A stretch of DNA of 64,000 nucleotides from Halobacteriovoraceae bacterium (GCA_963719505.1 CAVRCF010000002.1:373323-437322), one strand, 5' to 3'. Positions 1 through 9,897 are shown, counted from the stretch's first letter. Notes: generated by a model not told the origin, from the sequence alone. Program-made: numbers and translations.

Positions 1-375
1 ACTACGGGAGACATTAAAGAGCATCGCTGGACGTTTCAACATACTCAGTCCTTTATGAGTTCTGAGTCATCAAAGCTGTCCAGCCGTACTAGATTAGAAT
101 ACCGAAATAATGAAGATAGTGACGACGACTCTTGGCGCTTTAGATATTTATTGAGGTTTGATAAAAATGCTGGGGTTTTCTGGAATGAAGTCTTTCTAAA
201 TTTTACAGATGAAGAAGGTGCAGATCATCAAGCTTTCGAGAGAAACCGACTTTTTATAGGAAGAGGATTGGAGCTTTTTGATTCTAAAGTTGAATATGGT
301 TACTTAAATCAATATGTCCCAAGACAGGATACTTCGATCATTGAACATATCGCTGTTGTCTATTTTTTCATGTAG
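1..375 (+). CDS. DUF2490-like outer-membrane beta-barrel protein (5' partial)
   Basis: Frame is open from base 1 (TTGDIKEHRWTFQH...). Motifs RTRLEYR, WRFRY, NEVFLN, FERNRLFIG and EYGYLNQ are typical of DUF2490. Confidence 0.7.
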   Translation, partial: TTGDIKEHRWTFQHTQSFMSSESSKLSSRTRLEYRNNEDSDDDSWRFRYLLRFDKNAGVFWNEVFLNFTDEEGADHQAFERNRLFIGRGLELFDSKVEYGYLNQYVPRQDTSIIEHIAVVYFFM

Positions 376-387
376 AGGAGAATTAAT

Positions 388-702
388 ATGGAAATGATTC
401 CCGTTTTTATGATCGTAAATTTAGAAATTAATGATGCTGAAGAATATAAAATTTATGAAAAAGGCTTTTTTCCATTATTAAAGAAATATGGAGGATCCTT
501 TGTCACTTATGACGATAACCCCATTCATATGGAGGGGGAGAGTCCAAGACCTGGGCGTATGATTATTTTTAAGTTTCCATCTGAGCAAGCTGGTAAAGAT
601 TGGTTTGCCGACAGTGATTATAAAAAATTGTCTGAACATCGAAGGGCTGGAACCAAAATGAATTTTTTAACTATGGTCCACGGTCTCCCACCTAGAAATT
701 AG
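388..702 (+). CDS. DUF1330 domain protein
   Basis: Y..LKKYGG, EGE, FPS..A..W..S.Y...HR pattern; GAGGAG RBS upstream. Confidence 0.8.
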   Translation: MEMIPVFMIVNLEINDAEEYKIYEKGFFPLLKKYGGSFVTYDDNPIHMEGESPRPGRMIIFKFPSEQAGKDWFADSDYKKLSEHRRAGTKMNFLTMVHGLPPRN

Positions 703-1151
703 TAGCTAATAAGTATTTGAATGACTCTTACAATTAGAAAGATGGGAATCAAGAAAATAAAAATGCCAAGAAATCCAATGAAGAGATTATTGATCCAGCT
801 TTTTGCAACAATACCTTTTTCTTTGCGTGAATATTCGCTAACTAATCTATAGTTCATCTCATTTGACTTCCAAACAAAATCAAAAATATCTCCAAAAATT
901 GGAATCATTCCAATAAGCTGGTCAATGATGATATTGAGTGCCATGCGAATAATAATAATTTTAGGAATATTGAGATTTGTTGCGCGAATGAGTATATAGC
1001 TTCCAAGACCTGTCGTGATAAGATCACCAAATCCAGGTATAAGGCCAATAAGACCATCAAAACCAAACTTAATACCAAAAGGCCCTTGAAATTTTGTATC
1101 TAACCATTTTGAGATAATCTCTATGTCTTTGATATCATTTGATTTACTCAT
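699..1151 (-). CDS. DUF4112 membrane protein
   Basis: FGFDGLIGLIPGFGD and IPIFGDIFDFVWKSN motifs. Confidence 0.85.
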   Translation of the reverse strand: MSKSNDIKDIEIISKWLDTKFQGPFGIKFGFDGLIGLIPGFGDLITTGLGSYILIRATNLNIPKIIIIRMALNIIIDQLIGMIPIFGDIFDFVWKSNEMNYRLVSEYSRKEKGIVAKSWINNLFIGFLGIFIFLIPIFLIVRVIQILISY

Positions 1152-1255
1152 TACAAACCTCTTTCAATTTTAAATGCCCAAATTCATTGAGATTTTCCAT
1201 TTAGATAAATAGCTTACTGTTAATATGCTATAATTGCCAAGTTAAAGGAGAGCTT

Positions 1256-2314
1256 ATGATTGATCTTGTCGTTGGTCCGCCACTTTTAAATAATACATCA
1301 ACTCAACATATCGAAGATATCTTTGAAGGGATCTCTCTTTTTGAAGCAAAGAAGTTCAACCTTATTGTCTTTAATTTAGCAGATGTTATTTTGAATGAAA
1401 GAGATGTCTCTCGACTCAAAAAATTAGTCAGTAGTCGCAAGTCAAATTGTATTTTTATCTCGACTCAAAAAGACGTTCAAAACTTTGATGAGATGGAATT
1501 TGTCCAAAGCTTTGCGCCAGAGCATATAGATTTATACATAGATGACTCTATTAAAGAACTTCAAAGAAGAAGTGACTTAAAAAATAAATACTTGGAGCAG
1601 TCTAAACAAAAACGGTCCATCCCTTTCTATATTCTTGGAACTTTACTGCTTATAGAGCCTCTTATCAAAGTTATCTTTTTGAAGATAGATACGGGCTTCA
1701 GCTTTGGGAAAGTTTTTGAAGTCGTCACAAGTATTGATGACCCTCTAAAGTTCATTGAGTTTTGGGTCCTCTTTCCCATGGCGGGATTAGCACTTTTAAA
1801 GCCTGCAGCTATAAGCTTATTTGTGTTCGCTACCGTTCAACTCTACTCGGTCTATAGTTATGTTAATTACGAAAAGTTTACGTGGCCTTTTGTACAGGAA
1901 AATCCTCATATTAGTAGTGCTCTTTTACTTTGCTTAAACCTTGGGATTTTGGCATTCTTTCTTATTCCAGAAAACAGGAAGCCTTATATCTTTAAGGCCA
2001 AAGAACTGTTTAGAAAAAATAAAAGAATCAACTGCCTTTTGCGTGCAACAGCCAAATTTGATGGAGGTCATTTGGAGGTTGAGGTTCTTAATCTTTCTGA
2101 GACCGGTCTGATGGCTTCAACAAAAAAGAAGGTTGGTCATGGCGAGAAAATAATTATTTGTATTGATGATGTAAAACTGCACGGAGAGATTGTAAGGGTC
2201 TCTAAAGCGGGTGATTTTTATCAATACGGTATTTTATTTAAAGGGAGAAATTCTGAGGCTGGAAAACTTATCAAAAAACTAGAACAGGGGCAGACAATCA
2301 ATTCAGTCGCGTGA
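1256..2314 (+). CDS. Membrane protein with C-terminal PilZ (c-di-GMP-binding) domain
   Basis: About four hydrophobic segments, then RKNKR (RxxxR) and NLSETG ([D/N]xSxxG) PilZ motifs. Confidence 0.7.
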   Translation: MIDLVVGPPLLNNTSTQHIEDIFEGISLFEAKKFNLIVFNLADVILNERDVSRLKKLVSSRKSNCIFISTQKDVQNFDEMEFVQSFAPEHIDLYIDDSIKELQRRSDLKNKYLEQSKQKRSIPFYILGTLLLIEPLIKVIFLKIDTGFSFGKVFEVVTSIDDPLKFIEFWVLFPMAGLALLKPAAISLFVFATVQLYSVYSYVNYEKFTWPFVQENPHISSALLLCLNLGILAFFLIPENRKPYIFKAKELFRKNKRINCLLRATAKFDGGHLEVEVLNLSETGLMASTKKKVGHGEKIIICIDDVKLHGEIVRVSKAGDFYQYGILFKGRNSEAGKLIKKLEQGQTINSVA

Positions 2315-2325
2315 TATAAATAGAT

Positions 2326-2805
2326 ATGACAAATAATGATGTGCTGCGAAGACTCAGATATACCCTCGATTACGGCGACCAACAGATGATGGAAGTCTTT
2401 TCTTTGGCCGACAAAGAAGTGTCGAGGGAATTACTTAGCAATTGGTTAAAGAAAGACGATCATGATGACTACCAAGCTCTCAAAGACGTGGATTTGGCCA
2501 CTTTTCTCAATGGACTGATAAATGAGCTCAGAGGCTCTAAAGATGGTGAAAAGCCAGCTGCTGAAACCGAGTTAAATAATAATATTATTCTTAGAAAACT
2601 GATGATTGCCTTCACTTTAAAATCAGACGATGTCCTTAAAATTCTTGATATTGCCGATCTTAGGGTTAGCAAGCCCGAATTAAGTGCATTTTTTAGAAAG
2701 CCAGGTCATAAACACTATAGACCTTGCAAGGATCAAATCCTTCGAAATTTCCTGACAGGTTTACAATTAAAACTAAGAGATCAAGACGAAATCACTCCAA
2801 GTTAA
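2326..2805 (+). CDS. DUF1456 (YehS) family protein
   Basis: MTNNDVLRRLRY start, NNIILRKL, and ELSAFFRKPGHKHYRPCKDQILRNFL. Confidence 0.9.
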   Translation: MTNNDVLRRLRYTLDYGDQQMMEVFSLADKEVSRELLSNWLKKDDHDDYQALKDVDLATFLNGLINELRGSKDGEKPAAETELNNNIILRKLMIAFTLKSDDVLKILDIADLRVSKPELSAFFRKPGHKHYRPCKDQILRNFLTGLQLKLRDQDEITPS

Positions 2806-2872
2806 TTGACTGGGGATAAACGCCCTTGATATAACATATCTATGCAATCGATGAAATTAAATTCACTGGTTT

Positions 2873-3271
2873 TTGGTTGTTCTGGCCATCAGCTTTATAG
2901 CAATGCTTGGCAGTCTCTTTTTTAGTGAAGTTATGAGCTATACACCTTGTGTTTTGTGCTGGTATCAAAGAATCGCCTTATATCCACTGGTGTTTATCTT
3001 TTTAGTTGGATCTTTTCAAACGCCCCGCGCGACTTTTATGTTTTCCGCCCCACTTGTCTGTACCGGATGGATCATTGCCTTATATCATAATCTTCTTCAC
3101 TACGGCATTGTCCCTGAGTCAGCTTCTCCTTGTGTCTCTGGTGTGCCCTGTTCGACAGTTTACATCAACTGGTTTGGCTTTATAACAATCCCACTACTGT
3201 CTCTTATCGCTTTTAGTCTTATAGGATTCTTACTCATTTTGTTAAATAGGAAATACACTTATGAAAAATAA
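2873..3271 (+). CDS. dsbB: Disulfide bond formation protein DsbB/BdbC
   Basis: PCVLCWYQR motif, a second Cys pair and TM helices. The true start may be slightly upstream (out-of-frame ATG at 2842). Confidence 0.85.
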   Translation: MVVLAISFIAMLGSLFFSEVMSYTPCVLCWYQRIALYPLVFIFLVGSFQTPRATFMFSAPLVCTGWIIALYHNLLHYGIVPESASPCVSGVPCSTVYINWFGFITIPLLSLIAFSLIGFLLILLNRKYTYEK

Positions 3272-3914
3272 AATTGCTATTTTTGGAGCTAGTGCTCTTG
3301 CACTCGTTATTCTATTCATCTTGGGGGCGCGAGCTTACAAAAAGGGACAAATGGAAGCTTATAGTTTCTTGGCCATTGGTAATTCTGAAGTTTTTGTCAG
3401 GGCTCATTCTCCGATCTATGGTCAAAAAGAGGCTAAAGTTTATATCACTGAGTTCTTGGATCCTGAGTGTGAGAGTTGTCGAAGGTTCTATCCAGAGGTG
3501 AAGGAGCTTTTAAATAAGTACCAAGGAAAAGTTCAGCTCGCGGTAAGATATGCAACCTTCCATAAAAACTCAGAGCTGGCAGTTCGTGCTTTAGAAGCCG
3601 CTAAGATGCAAGGAAAGTATTGGGAGTCTCTTAGTCTTCTCTTTGAAAAACAACCAGAGTGGGGCAATCATCAAAATCCAAAACCAGAGTTAATATTTGT
3701 TTATCTCAAGGAGTTAGGGCTAGATATTGAGCGCTTAAAAACGGATATGCAAAGAGACGAGATCAATAAAATTTTAATGATTGATGAGCAAGATATGATT
3801 AAGCTTGGAGTGCGTGGAACTCCAACATTTTTTGTCAACGGAAGGCCTCTTGAAAGTTTTGGTATGGAGTTCTTAGAAAAAGCCGTAAACGAAGAAATTG
3901 ACAAGCTCTACTGA
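3261..3914 (+). CDS. dsbA: DsbA/BdbD-family thiol-disulfide oxidoreductase
   Basis: N-terminal TM, EFLDPECESC (CxxC) and GVRGTPTFFVNG; overlaps dsbB. Confidence 0.85.
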   Translation: MKNKIAIFGASALALVILFILGARAYKKGQMEAYSFLAIGNSEVFVRAHSPIYGQKEAKVYITEFLDPECESCRRFYPEVKELLNKYQGKVQLAVRYATFHKNSELAVRALEAAKMQGKYWESLSLLFEKQPEWGNHQNPKPELIFVYLKELGLDIERLKTDMQRDEINKILMIDEQDMIKLGVRGTPTFFVNGRPLESFGMEFLEKAVNEEIDKLY

Positions 3915-3949
3915 GAAGGTAAAGCGGCAATCAGTTTCTTGGAGAGTGT

Positions 3950-4330
3950 ATGAGAAAGCTATTCATTTTATTTTTTATTCTTGGTTTTAGTGGGGAGAGA
4001 GACTTAAAGAAAGGATCTAACCTTTTGATCGAAAATGACGAGATCTTGAGAGTTGATTGTCTCGATGAACTTTGTATTGATAAAAAAGAATCTCATTACA
4101 CTGATATGCAAATTAATGATCTTTTGTTACGGCGATTCTCATTTGAAATTGAGTCTCTAGATAAATTGATTATAGATAATCCAAAGAATGAAACTCTGTT
4201 CCAAAAAAGAGAGAAGCTTCTAAAATACAAAGAGGCAAACCTGCCCAAAAGGGTTAGGGCTGAAATTTTAAATAAAGAAGATCTTGAGTTTAGAAGTTAT
4301 ATCTTTGCCGCGACAGATTCGCTAGATTAA
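3950..4330 (+). CDS. Hypothetical protein with signal-like N-terminus
   Basis: ORF with GGAGA RBS; no recognised motif. Confidence 0.5.
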   Translation: MRKLFILFFILGFSGERDLKKGSNLLIENDEILRVDCLDELCIDKKESHYTDMQINDLLLRRFSFEIESLDKLIIDNPKNETLFQKREKLLKYKEANLPKRVRAEILNKEDLEFRSYIFAATDSLD

Positions 4331-4331
4331 G

Positions 4332-4688
4332 ATGAGCTTCACAATGAGAGTCTTTATTCTTATGACAGGACTGATCTTTATGAGTAATAGTGAGCAACTT
4401 GAAAAATACCATTGGAAAAAGAGAATTATTCTTTTAACATATTCAGATGTATCGAATAAGAAAGTCCTTGAACAAAGAAAGATATTTGAGCAAACTCCTG
4501 GTGAAAATAAAGAGAGAAAGCTTATTCTCATTGAAAAAGTGAAAGAAGATATCGAGTTTAAATTAGATCTTATTGGGTTAGATGGTGGGGTGAAGAAGAG
4601 CTTCAAAAATATTGTTCCGATGAAAGATCTTTTTAAAATAATAGATTCCATGCCGATGAGGGCCAGTGAATTAAAAAAGCCCCGCTAA
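4332..4688 (+). CDS. DUF4174 domain protein
   Basis: YHWKKRIILL, LIGLDGGVK and IDSMPMR motifs. Confidence 0.8.
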   Translation: MSFTMRVFILMTGLIFMSNSEQLEKYHWKKRIILLTYSDVSNKKVLEQRKIFEQTPGENKERKLILIEKVKEDIEFKLDLIGLDGGVKKSFKNIVPMKDLFKIIDSMPMRASELKKPR

Positions 4689-4701
4689 TACGAGGCTCTT
4701 T
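4675..4701. terminator. Probable bidirectional intrinsic terminator
   Basis: Imperfect hairpin AAAGCCCCG..CGAGGCTCTTT between convergent genes. Confidence 0.5.
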
Positions 4702-4724
4702 GACTTTATTAATTTGTATTGATC

Positions 4725-5246
4725 TTAGTTTCCACCCATATAAATTTCTGGCTCATAAGTAGACTCAGAAACAAATAACCTATTGGCGATGTAAACAAAT
4801 GCCACTGCACTAAGAAGAAATATTGAAGCATCTAAAACACCACTACCTGTTGTAAGGGAGAAGTTTGCACCTTCTCCAATAAGAGCTTCACTCATTAATT
4901 CTGGACTTGCCAAGAATAATTCAAGATCCTCTGGTGAAGACGTCTCTAAAACTCTCAAGTATGCTTCTCTCGTTTCTGACTGAGGTATTTGCTCAATAAG
5001 GATGTTGAAGCTCTTGATAAGCTCTTCAGTTGAGGAAGCCTCAACAACGGCACGAATCTCTTGCTTCATTTGAGCTAGAGTCTTCGCCTTAAACTGATCA
5101 TCATGGGCCATTGGATGGCTCGTTAGCATATAGTCAAACTTCTCTAAGGTCTGGTTTAGGTTGAGGTCTGTATTTGCATATGGCTGTGCTAATGCACTTA
5201 CAGAGAAAAATGCTGACAAAATAAATGATTTAACTGAACTGATCAT
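4725..5246 (-). CDS. Secreted/membrane-anchored hypothetical protein (paralog of 5274-6032)
   Basis: Signal peptide ending ALA-QPY, GEGANF motif, C-terminal TM segment. Confidence 0.65.
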   Translation of the reverse strand: MISSVKSFILSAFFSVSALAQPYANTDLNLNQTLEKFDYMLTSHPMAHDDQFKAKTLAQMKQEIRAVVEASSTEELIKSFNILIEQIPQSETREAYLRVLETSSPEDLELFLASPELMSEALIGEGANFSLTTGSGVLDASIFLLSAVAFVYIANRLFVSESTYEPEIYMGGN

Positions 5247-5273
5247 AATTTTTCCTTCTATATTGATATTAAA

Positions 5274-6032
5274 CTATTTCTTTTTTGATCTATAAGATGC
5301 AACACCAGTACAAGAACCTTCATTTCCTTGGACTGAGTTTCCATTTTGAGTCGTATAAGTGTAGCGCTCAAAGCTATAAAGGAATCCAAAGAATTCACAT
5401 GTATCAGGTCTTGGGGATTCTGACTCGCATCTCATTTTTGCATCTGCTTTCATATTATTTCTCTCAGCAGAAGAAACATATTGGTTAAAAGTGTAATCCG
5501 CACAGTAAGGAACGTCCTGAATAGTAACAGGGTAACTAGCAAATCGAGGTCTATTTGATTTTACAATCGCATTAATCATGACAAAAAGAATAAGGCCCGT
5601 CATGATGATATAAGTAGCAACGATCAAGGGTTCATCTGTGATGAGAGCAAAGTTTGCACCCTCACCAGCTAAAGCGTCATTCATAAGTGCCGGGGCACTG
5701 ATAAAAGCGAGGAGCTCTTCTTGAGTTGAGTTTTTTAGGACTTTTAAGTAGGCTTCTCTTTTAGAACGCTGAGGAATTTTTGCGATAATTTGTTCAAAAC
5801 TCTCTTTTACTTCTTCTTCAGATGAACGAGATAAAGAGGCACTCAATTCCTCTTTATACTTTTTCAAATTTTCATTTTGAAAGCTATCTTCGTGTGCTTG
5901 AGGGTGAGCGGTAAGAATATAATCGTACTTCTTTACGATGGCACTCGGAGATAAATTTATCTGAGAGTAGGGTTGTGCTAACGCTGTAAAAGAGAAGGTT
6001 AGCATGAGTATTAGAGCTGAAAGAGATCTCAT
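5274..6032 (-). CDS. Secreted/membrane-anchored hypothetical protein with Cys-containing C-terminal domain
   Basis: Start placed at ATG 6032 (AAGGA RBS). Same ALAQPY...DY.LT.HP.AH...GEGANF-TM core as its neighbour. Confidence 0.65.
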   Translation of the reverse strand: MRSLSALILMLTFSFTALAQPYSQINLSPSAIVKKYDYILTAHPQAHEDSFQNENLKKYKEELSASLSRSSEEEVKESFEQIIAKIPQRSKREAYLKVLKNSTQEELLAFISAPALMNDALAGEGANFALITDEPLIVATYIIMTGLILFVMINAIVKSNRPRFASYPVTIQDVPYCADYTFNQYVSSAERNNMKADAKMRCESESPRPDTCEFFGFLYSFERYTYTTQNGNSVQGNEGSCTGVASYRSKKK

Positions 6033-6114
6033 TGTAGTTCCTTTGTTAATAATTTTTTCAATTGATAACACAGAAAGTCATGTTTTGAGACCAAAGCTAT
6101 AATTTTTGTAAAAT

Positions 6115-7272
6115 CTATATCCCTCTATTATTGAGAAGAATACTTGTTTCAACTCCATATTCAGGAAAAAATTCCCAGAAAAGGGCCGGAAGACCTTCTC
6201 TTATATTCGTATCGACACTGAGACCTTTTCTCATTTCAAAAAGACGTTTTTGGACAAAGGTATCTCCTTCATACTTAGAGATATATCTTTCTACATCGTG
6301 AAGAACGGAAAGAACAAAGTCTGTACCGACTCCCAGTTTTGTATCGAGGTTGAGATCAAAGGCGATCTTATTGATTGCCGATCGTGACTTGGCAAGCTTT
6401 CCATAGTCTCCAAGTTCATGTGCAAGCTGATCGATACCACTTACTTTGGTCGCAAAGTAGTCGGCAAAGCCCTCAAGGATTGAACTATTAACCTCAGGTG
6501 CTACTGAATCGCTCATCGCATAGTGTGAGTATTCGTGGTACATGACTTCAGGTACAAATGAGGCATCGAAGTAGAACTCTTTGCCAAGGAAAAGGCTTGC
6601 GAGCTCTGGAACAGCAACCCTAATAAAGGAATCAATCAGAAAGTTTGTTAAAAGAGTTTTCCCTGAAGTCTCTAAAGATCCAGAGATATCACTTGAAACG
6701 GAAGCATTCAAAGCTGTGAAAATGAGAACATCAGTGTCTATATTTGATCTTCTTGGCAATGAGTCTCTAAGCATTTTCTTATATTTTTTTCTAAATTCTT
6801 TGGTAATTGCTATCTTTTTAACAGGTCTAAACCAAATTTCATTTCCCCATGGTTCAATCCCAAACATAGCATCCCCTGTACCTGCTGCAATAGTTGTAGC
6901 ATTATTAAAGACAGGAGAGACCTGAGGGTTTTGGAAGTGAAATCTTTTATGATAAGCATTTTGGATATCAACTCTGATAATAAGTTGTTCCGTTTGAGGT
7001 TTTCCCAAAGTTTCAAAGTACTTTCTGGCAATATCAAGATGATATAAAATCGTCGCTGACTTTCGAAGAAGCTTTTCATCAGTTGTCTTTATCACCTCGT
7101 CAGTTGTTCCTTTAACGAGTTTAAAAAACGGAGTCTCAAAATAAAGATCTTCTTTAAGATTTTCTAATGTTACTTTCCTTGGGATAAGTTTATCTTTTTC
7201 TCCTCGAACAATAACCTGAGTTTCGAAGGAGAAGGCTGAAAATGAGAGGATGATTAAAAAAATTATTCTCAT
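6115..7272 (-). CDS. Secreted zinc metallopeptidase-like protein (gluzincin)
   Basis: Signal peptide; VMYHEYSH (HExxH) plus downstream EGFAD third-ligand motif. Confidence 0.65.
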   Translation of the reverse strand: MRIIFLIILSFSAFSFETQVIVRGEKDKLIPRKVTLENLKEDLYFETPFFKLVKGTTDEVIKTTDEKLLRKSATILYHLDIARKYFETLGKPQTEQLIIRVDIQNAYHKRFHFQNPQVSPVFNNATTIAAGTGDAMFGIEPWGNEIWFRPVKKIAITKEFRKKYKKMLRDSLPRRSNIDTDVLIFTALNASVSSDISGSLETSGKTLLTNFLIDSFIRVAVPELASLFLGKEFYFDASFVPEVMYHEYSHYAMSDSVAPEVNSSILEGFADYFATKVSGIDQLAHELGDYGKLAKSRSAINKIAFDLNLDTKLGVGTDFVLSVLHDVERYISKYEGDTFVQKRLFEMRKGLSVDTNIREGLPALFWEFFPEYGVETSILLNNRGI

Positions 7273-8492
7273 AACTTCTGCTCACAGTTTCCATAGAAAA
7301 GATCATGCTCAAATGAGGGATCTTTTACTTCTTTTTTATTAATTTTCCCATCGAGAATAGAAATTCCAATCGAGTAACCTATACCGACAACGGGACCAGC
7401 AACAGCTGCAACAAGAAAATCGAGTCTTTGAAGAAATGAGACAGACTTTTGCCAAAAGTTTTTCTTAACTGTTTTTTTCTCTAAGAGGCTTAATCCATTG
7501 AGCTCTTTTTCATCGACCTGGTTTGTTTGATAACCTAAAGTCATGAGGTCTCTATAGTCAAAGTTTGCACCTCTAAAGTAGTCTTTTTGTAACAGGAGGT
7601 TCTTCTCTTTTTTGTATAATTTTAGCGCGAGTCTTATCTGCTCTGTATGGGTGAGTTGAATCCTCTCATTAACAATACCTTCTTTTGCAGAAAAGATGAG
7701 TTCAGACTTATGAGAGTTAAAACGCATGGTCATTTTATTGAGGAGATTGTTCATCTCTTTGATTTGAATGAGTGAGAAGTTATTAAAAAGTTTATACCTT
7801 CTGCTTTTTTGACCTTTGTCTCTTTGTGCGAGATGAAAGCTTGTCACAGTGTCGTTCATTTCTAATTGATTCTCTAAAAGCCAAGCCCTTTTTTCCTGAT
7901 AGTCTTTAACCTTTAAAAGAGACGACTCATTATCCGAGATGATTCTAACAGTCTCTATGAGATGGTATTCATTTTGAGAAATAAATCCCGATTCATAAGC
8001 GAACTGATTAAGCCTTTGATAGATATTTTCATCATCACCTTGGAGGACAATCTTCTCTTTAAACTCGACCCACTTATCAGACAGACAGCCATTAGAAAAT
8101 ATCGCTCTATAGTTTCTCTTTAATACATCTGTTCTTTGTATGGATAGTTTTGTCTCTCCTGCAAGCGCAGATCTCTTGAAGGCCTGTGCATAGGAATAGA
8201 AAATATCGGCTTCTACTTCGTCAATAAAACCTAATTTATGAGCTTTAATAACGGCAAAGGGGATGCTTTTTTTGTTGAGAGAGGAAAGGCTTGAGATGAC
8301 ATCAATCTCACAAGACTTCATGCCATGAGAGAAACTAGCTTTTAGACTCTCTGTTGAATAAATGTTTTCAACTTTGGTAAACTCTTTTTCTAGCTTTCGT
8401 TGTCGGAATTGTGTCTCCAACCAAACGGTTGGGGTATTGGCGAAAACACCAAAGCTCATGATTGAAAGAATTATAAAACAGCTAAATTTCAT
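7269..8492 (-). CDS. Secreted hypothetical protein with C-terminal Gly-rich hydrophobic segment
   Basis: Signal peptide; LVAAVAGPVVGIGYSIGISIL near the C-terminus; 4-bp overlap with the peptidase gene. Confidence 0.6.
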   Translation of the reverse strand: MKFSCFIILSIMSFGVFANTPTVWLETQFRQRKLEKEFTKVENIYSTESLKASFSHGMKSCEIDVISSLSSLNKKSIPFAVIKAHKLGFIDEVEADIFYSYAQAFKRSALAGETKLSIQRTDVLKRNYRAIFSNGCLSDKWVEFKEKIVLQGDDENIYQRLNQFAYESGFISQNEYHLIETVRIISDNESSLLKVKDYQEKRAWLLENQLEMNDTVTSFHLAQRDKGQKSRRYKLFNNFSLIQIKEMNNLLNKMTMRFNSHKSELIFSAKEGIVNERIQLTHTEQIRLALKLYKKEKNLLLQKDYFRGANFDYRDLMTLGYQTNQVDEKELNGLSLLEKKTVKKNFWQKSVSFLQRLDFLVAAVAGPVVGIGYSIGISILDGKINKKEVKDPSFEHDLFYGNCEQKL

Positions 8493-8554
8493 AAGACTAT
8501 TCTATCTTTTAGGCGGAGAATTTACTCTTTCGTTGAAGAAGTTTCAATGGGGTG

Positions 8555-9863
8555 TATAAAGATTCGACAATTATGTCCTATCCTTATTTCCCAGCGAAAA
8601 TGTCCTACTTAACGCATTAATATTACAATACTCAGGTAATCAAACCTGAGGTGTTAAATGGGAAAAATAAGCATGGATGCTAAACAAATGAAGCTTTATA
8701 GACTCGCCTGTGAAGTCTTAGCCGGAAAAATTTCTATTAAAGAATTTTCCATCATATCTAAAAAGTCATATCGCCAGTCTCAACGTATTATTAAGAATGT
8801 TGAGACTCATGACTTCATAGGAGTCATACATAAAAATTCTGGTGTTGCTCCAGTAAATAAAACTTCTGAAAGACTAGAAGCTTTGATCGTAGATCTTCTA
8901 ACTTATAAGTATGTTGGATTTAATCTCACTCACTTTAACGAAATGTTAATTAAAAATGAAAACATTAAAATTTCAAAGTCTTCACTTCATCGAATTGCAA
9001 CTAAACACAATCTTGTAAAAGCTCCAAGAAGAGCGAAGAGAAGATCTTTCAAGCCTAGAGCCAGAGTCCCTCAAGAAGGTATGCTCGTGCAGTTCGATGG
9101 AAGCCATCACCCTTGGTTTGGTAATCACAAATCGGACTTAATTGCAGCAATCGACGATGCAACCGGAAAGATTTTAGCAGCAGAGTTTTTTTACGGAGAG
9201 AAGTCGATGCATTCGATGAAAGTTATCAAGGAAGTAATTGATAAAAATGGAATTCCAGAAGCCTTCTACATGGATCAAGCAGGGATTTATGGAAAGGTAG
9301 ATCGAGACTGGGAATCTCAGATCTCAAGAGCCTTTGATCAGGTTAATATTAACTTAATTCTTGCAAGCTCTCCACAAGCTAAAGGACGAGTAGAGCGTCT
9401 CTTTAGGACTCTACAAGATCGACTGGTAGCGGAGCTTTCGTTTTATAAAATAGAAACTTTGGAAGAGGCAAATGACTATTTGAGAACAACTTTTATAGAA
9501 GCTTTTAATAAGCAGTTCTCGGTAGAGTCGCAAAGCTTCGATACAGCTTACAGGAAAAATGTTTTTGGAAATTTAGACAGAGTTTTTTGTAAAAAAGAGA
9601 GAAGAAAAATTGGAGTTGGAAACGTATTTTCTTTCGAAGCAATTACTTGGTTGATAGACGAAAAGTTTTGCTATCGAGGTCGCGAAGTGAATATAAATAC
9701 CCATCTTGATGGCAGTCAGAGCTTTGATATTATGGGTAAAGAAATATATCCAATAGTGTTCAACACAAAGAGGATTTATGACTATAAAAAGCGAGCAATA
9801 TGACACACAAGGTAGGACATAATCGCTGGGATATTAACCGGACATAGTCGCTGGGATTCAACA
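8555..9863 (+). mobile_element. IS1202-family (ISNCY) insertion sequence, 1309 bp, 17-bp target duplication
   Basis: GAAGTTTCAATGGGGTG at 8538-8554 and 9864-9880. Each end carries two inverted ..ATGTCC repeats; right end ...CAACA. The left boundary could be 2 bp earlier (TGT). Confidence 0.85.
8658..9803 (+). CDS. ISNCY/IS1202-family DDE transposase
   Basis: N-terminal HTH; LVQFDGS.H.W, IDDATG, YMD and SPQAKGRVERLFRTLQDRL integrase-core motifs. Confidence 0.9.
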   Translation: MGKISMDAKQMKLYRLACEVLAGKISIKEFSIISKKSYRQSQRIIKNVETHDFIGVIHKNSGVAPVNKTSERLEALIVDLLTYKYVGFNLTHFNEMLIKNENIKISKSSLHRIATKHNLVKAPRRAKRRSFKPRARVPQEGMLVQFDGSHHPWFGNHKSDLIAAIDDATGKILAAEFFYGEKSMHSMKVIKEVIDKNGIPEAFYMDQAGIYGKVDRDWESQISRAFDQVNINLILASSPQAKGRVERLFRTLQDRLVAELSFYKIETLEEANDYLRTTFIEAFNKQFSVESQSFDTAYRKNVFGNLDRVFCKKERRKIGVGNVFSFEAITWLIDEKFCYRGREVNINTHLDGSQSFDIMGKEIYPIVFNTKRIYDYKKRAI

Positions 9864-9878
9864 GAAGTTTCAATGGGG

Positions 9879-9895
9879 TGTCTATTTTTTAGACA
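9879..9895. promoter_or_regulatory. Palindrome TGTCTA-TTTTT-TAGACA (IS target motif)
   Basis: Perfect 6-bp inverted repeat with 5-bp spacer, overlapping the end of the target duplication. Confidence 0.55.
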
Positions 9896-9897
9896 CT

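Noticed and set aside
8538-9895. XerCD (dif/xrs) targeting by the IS1202 elements
   Set aside because: No dif-like arms (e.g. TTATGTTAAAT) next to either insertion, and the duplications are 16-17 bp rather than the short ones of the xrs-targeting subgroup.
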